The translations under genes and the position numbers were made by a program. This document shows positions 62,230-64,000 of a stretch of DNA of 64,000 nucleotides, in pieces. The DNA comes from Spirochaetia bacterium (GTDB lineage Bacteria; Spirochaetota; Spirochaetia; DSM-2461). The notes under the pieces were generated by a model. That model did no database searches, was not told the DNA's origin, and was given only the letters and a program-made list of their open reading frames with translations. Location: positions 1,792,001 through 1,856,000 of the forward strand of contig CAXXIA010000002.1 of the NCBI GenBank assembly GCA_963666985.2. Reading direction: 5' to 3'. Position 1 is the stretch's first letter; every line of letters begins with the position of its first letter.

Positions 62230-63321
62230 CTATTTTAATAGATTTGATATTTTCCCAACTGAATAATTAAATATCTCACTAATTACTTCATAAGTAAAAT
62301 ATTTGGGGTTAACAGCTCTAAGATGCTTAATAACTGAAATCTCACTAGTATCAATTTGATTGTTGGAAGCCTTAAATAAATCTATGATTGTGTCGCGTAA
62401 ATTGATTTTCTCATAATTATTTACAATTTTATTTCTAATATTATTCTCAATAATATTTTTAATCTCCGATCCGGATAATCCATCTGACGCAATCGAAAGA
62501 AGGATATTATTTTTTTCATCAATAAATCCGTGAGAATATTTGTTTATTATTTTACTTCTAGTTTCGTCATTTGGTAATGTAATATTTAATTTAAAGTTAA
62601 ATCTTCTCCAGACAGCGGGATCAAGTAAATGTTCATGATTTGTCGCTGCTAATAGAATAGTATACGAATCCAAAGCATCGATATTTTGTAATAAACTAAC
62701 TACAACCCTTTTTAATTCACCTAATTCGTTGTGATCATCCCTGACTTTAGCAAGAGAATCGAACTCATCTAGAAAAAGAATGCAAGGACGTGAGTTAACA
62801 TATTCAAATAATTGTCTAATATTTTTAGCAGTACTTCCTAAATATGAAGAAATTAGTGTATCACTTCTGGATACTATGAGCGGTAATTTTAGTTGGGAAG
62901 CGATATAGTGTGCTAATTCAGTTTTACCACACCCTGGAGGGCCATATATTAGCATTGACGGTGAAATACCAACACCATCTTTAAGAAGTTGATCTGATGC
63001 TTTTACATATTTTATAAAATTTTGTATGTCTATTGTAATATGATCGTCTAAATACACCTCAACATTTTGTGTGAAATATTTCTCATCAGCTAATGAGGAT
63101 TTTGATTCTTGATCTATTGGAATAGGTTTAATACTAAGATCTTGGGTAAATAAATTATTGGTTTTGATATTGTTTATTTTATTAATAATTCGCGTAGATG
63201 ACCCTGTATCACCTTGAATAGCTAAATTTTCTGAAAGTAATTTACTATATGATATGATTTTATCTTTATCTAATTGAAGACCGCCTTCAATTATCTTTAG
63301 AACTTCTGATAAATATTGCAT
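62230..63321 (-). CDS. ietA: AAA+ ATPase (IetA-like)
   Basis: GPPGCGKT, FLDEFDS, ELGELKRVV and LDPAVWRRF motifs; ATG 63321 with GAGGGA RBS. Confidence 0.85.
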   Translation of the reverse strand: MQYLSEVLKIIEGGLQLDKDKIISYSKLLSENLAIQGDTGSSTRIINKINNIKTNNLFTQDLSIKPIPIDQESKSSLADEKYFTQNVEVYLDDHITIDIQNFIKYVKASDQLLKDGVGISPSMLIYGPPGCGKTELAHYIASQLKLPLIVSRSDTLISSYLGSTAKNIRQLFEYVNSRPCILFLDEFDSLAKVRDDHNELGELKRVVVSLLQNIDALDSYTILLAATNHEHLLDPAVWRRFNFKLNITLPNDETRSKIINKYSHGFIDEKNNILLSIASDGLSGSEIKNIIENNIRNKIVNNYEKINLRDTIIDLFKASNNQIDTSEISVIKHLRAVNPKYFTYEVISEIFNYSVGKISNLLK

Positions 63322-63624
63322 TATTCCCTCTTGTGAAAATATATACCAATTCGTGAAAAAATGCAATATATAATGAAAATGTATCATAATATGTGAAAAA
63401 AATAAGCTATATATGAAATATCCTTCTCGATATAACATTATAGATTATCTACTTTGTCGGTAATTCGTAAAATCTGTATAAATTATACAAAAATGTCTTT
63501 TAAGCAGCATAGCAAGTATAAATTATGTAGAAAACATTAAAAGAATTAACGTTTACATTAGTCCATCAGAATCATGTCCTGTGATTCTGATGGTGTTTTT
63601 ATTGGCTCTTTTCTGGATTTCATC

Positions 63625-63895
63625 GTAAAACAGCTGTTGATGCGCTGCGGACGCTAACGAGGTTTGCGTCCTTGGGCCGAGCGATGGGAAACTATGAGTT
63701 TTATGATTTCTGTAAAAGGGAAAAATCAAATTGGTTCGGCTCGGCCAAATTTCGCTTTGGCGATGGCTCTTGCAGATGCGTTCCTGGAAGTTGTGTGATA
63801 GTCTGAAGAGAGAACAGGCTTTCTGCTAAAAGCAAGAGCGCATGCCAACCGGCTACGCCGGTCGCGAAACTTCGCATACCAGCGGAACGTTAATT
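63625..63895 (+). repeat. attC site 34 (long)
   Basis: Conserved attC arms. Confidence 0.9.
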
Positions 63896-63913
63896 GAAAT
63901 ACGGAATGGAGGT

Positions 63914-64000
63914 TGAGCGACCAGGACATCCTTTACATTTTAGGTTCAGGACATCGTTTACACTAAACAAGTTTAAACGAAGCATTTGAACCCATCAACA
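63914..64000 (-). mobile_element. IS481-family copy 5 (variant, truncated by window end)
   Basis: Same end sequence TGAGCGACCAGGACATCC with a few substitutions. Confidence 0.85.

Larger units (their letters stand above)
1073..63895 (+). mobile_element. Integron gene-cassette array (34 long attC sites); integrase and attI outside window
   Basis: Conserved imperfect palindromic repeats beginning AAC and ending GTT, all co-oriented, separating unrelated 0.2-4 kb cargos; many ORFs stop just before or within the R'' box. Confidence 0.93.

Noticed and set aside
63322..63438. Longer AAA ATPase start at 63438
   Set aside because: It crosses the nested-cassette junction and has an implausible composition; ATG 63321 has an RBS
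1073..63895. Long repeats as a CRISPR array or simple REP/BIME clusters
   Set aside because: Repeats are about 200 bp, imperfect, and separated by gene-sized cargo with AAC/GTT core boxes; no cas genes are present
1074..63929. Many 60-110 aa ORFs overlapping attC sites (e.g. 1074-1349, 8822-9040, 11168-11503, 26366-26620, 63726-63929)
   Set aside because: Translations of the GC-rich palindromic repeat in varying frames; no conserved start or RBS
1..64000. Integron integrase, tRNA or rRNA genes
   Set aside because: No tyrosine recombinase motifs or recognisable structural RNA genes were seen in this window

Overview
The whole window is the interior of a large chromosomal (sedentary/super-) integron-type cassette array; intI and attI are not in the window. 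The host is probably a spirochaete (inferred from lipoboxes and attC style). There are 34 co-oriented, unusually long attC-like sites (mostly about 205-272 bp, core AAC-AGCTGTTGATGCG...CGCATAMCAGCGGRMC-GTT) separating 33 complete cassettes. Cargo is dominated by anti-phage and addiction functions: a type II-A retron with a readable msr-msd, a SIR2-APAZ-pAgo fusion with a tyrosine-phosphatase-like partner, an ietAS-like AAA/S8 pair, two nuclease-STAND proteins, KAP NTPase, TIR, AlbA_2, DUF2971 and 7 TA modules. It also carries a graspetide (ATP-grasp RiPP) operon with a PycTM-like membrane gene, lipoproteins, and two families of repeated ORF-less cassettes. Five IS481-family copies and two IS21-family copies are inserted. 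Most notable: (1) the pAgo and ietAS operons are themselves classical short-attC cassettes inserted in reverse at the same point of a shared carrier cassette (cassette-in-cassette); (2) all five IS481 copies sit 25-26 bp downstream of an attC crossover G in one orientation; (3) the graspetide plus membrane-effector cassette is a candidate peptide-based defence system; (4) cassettes are bracketed by their own 14-28 bp terminal inverted repeats.
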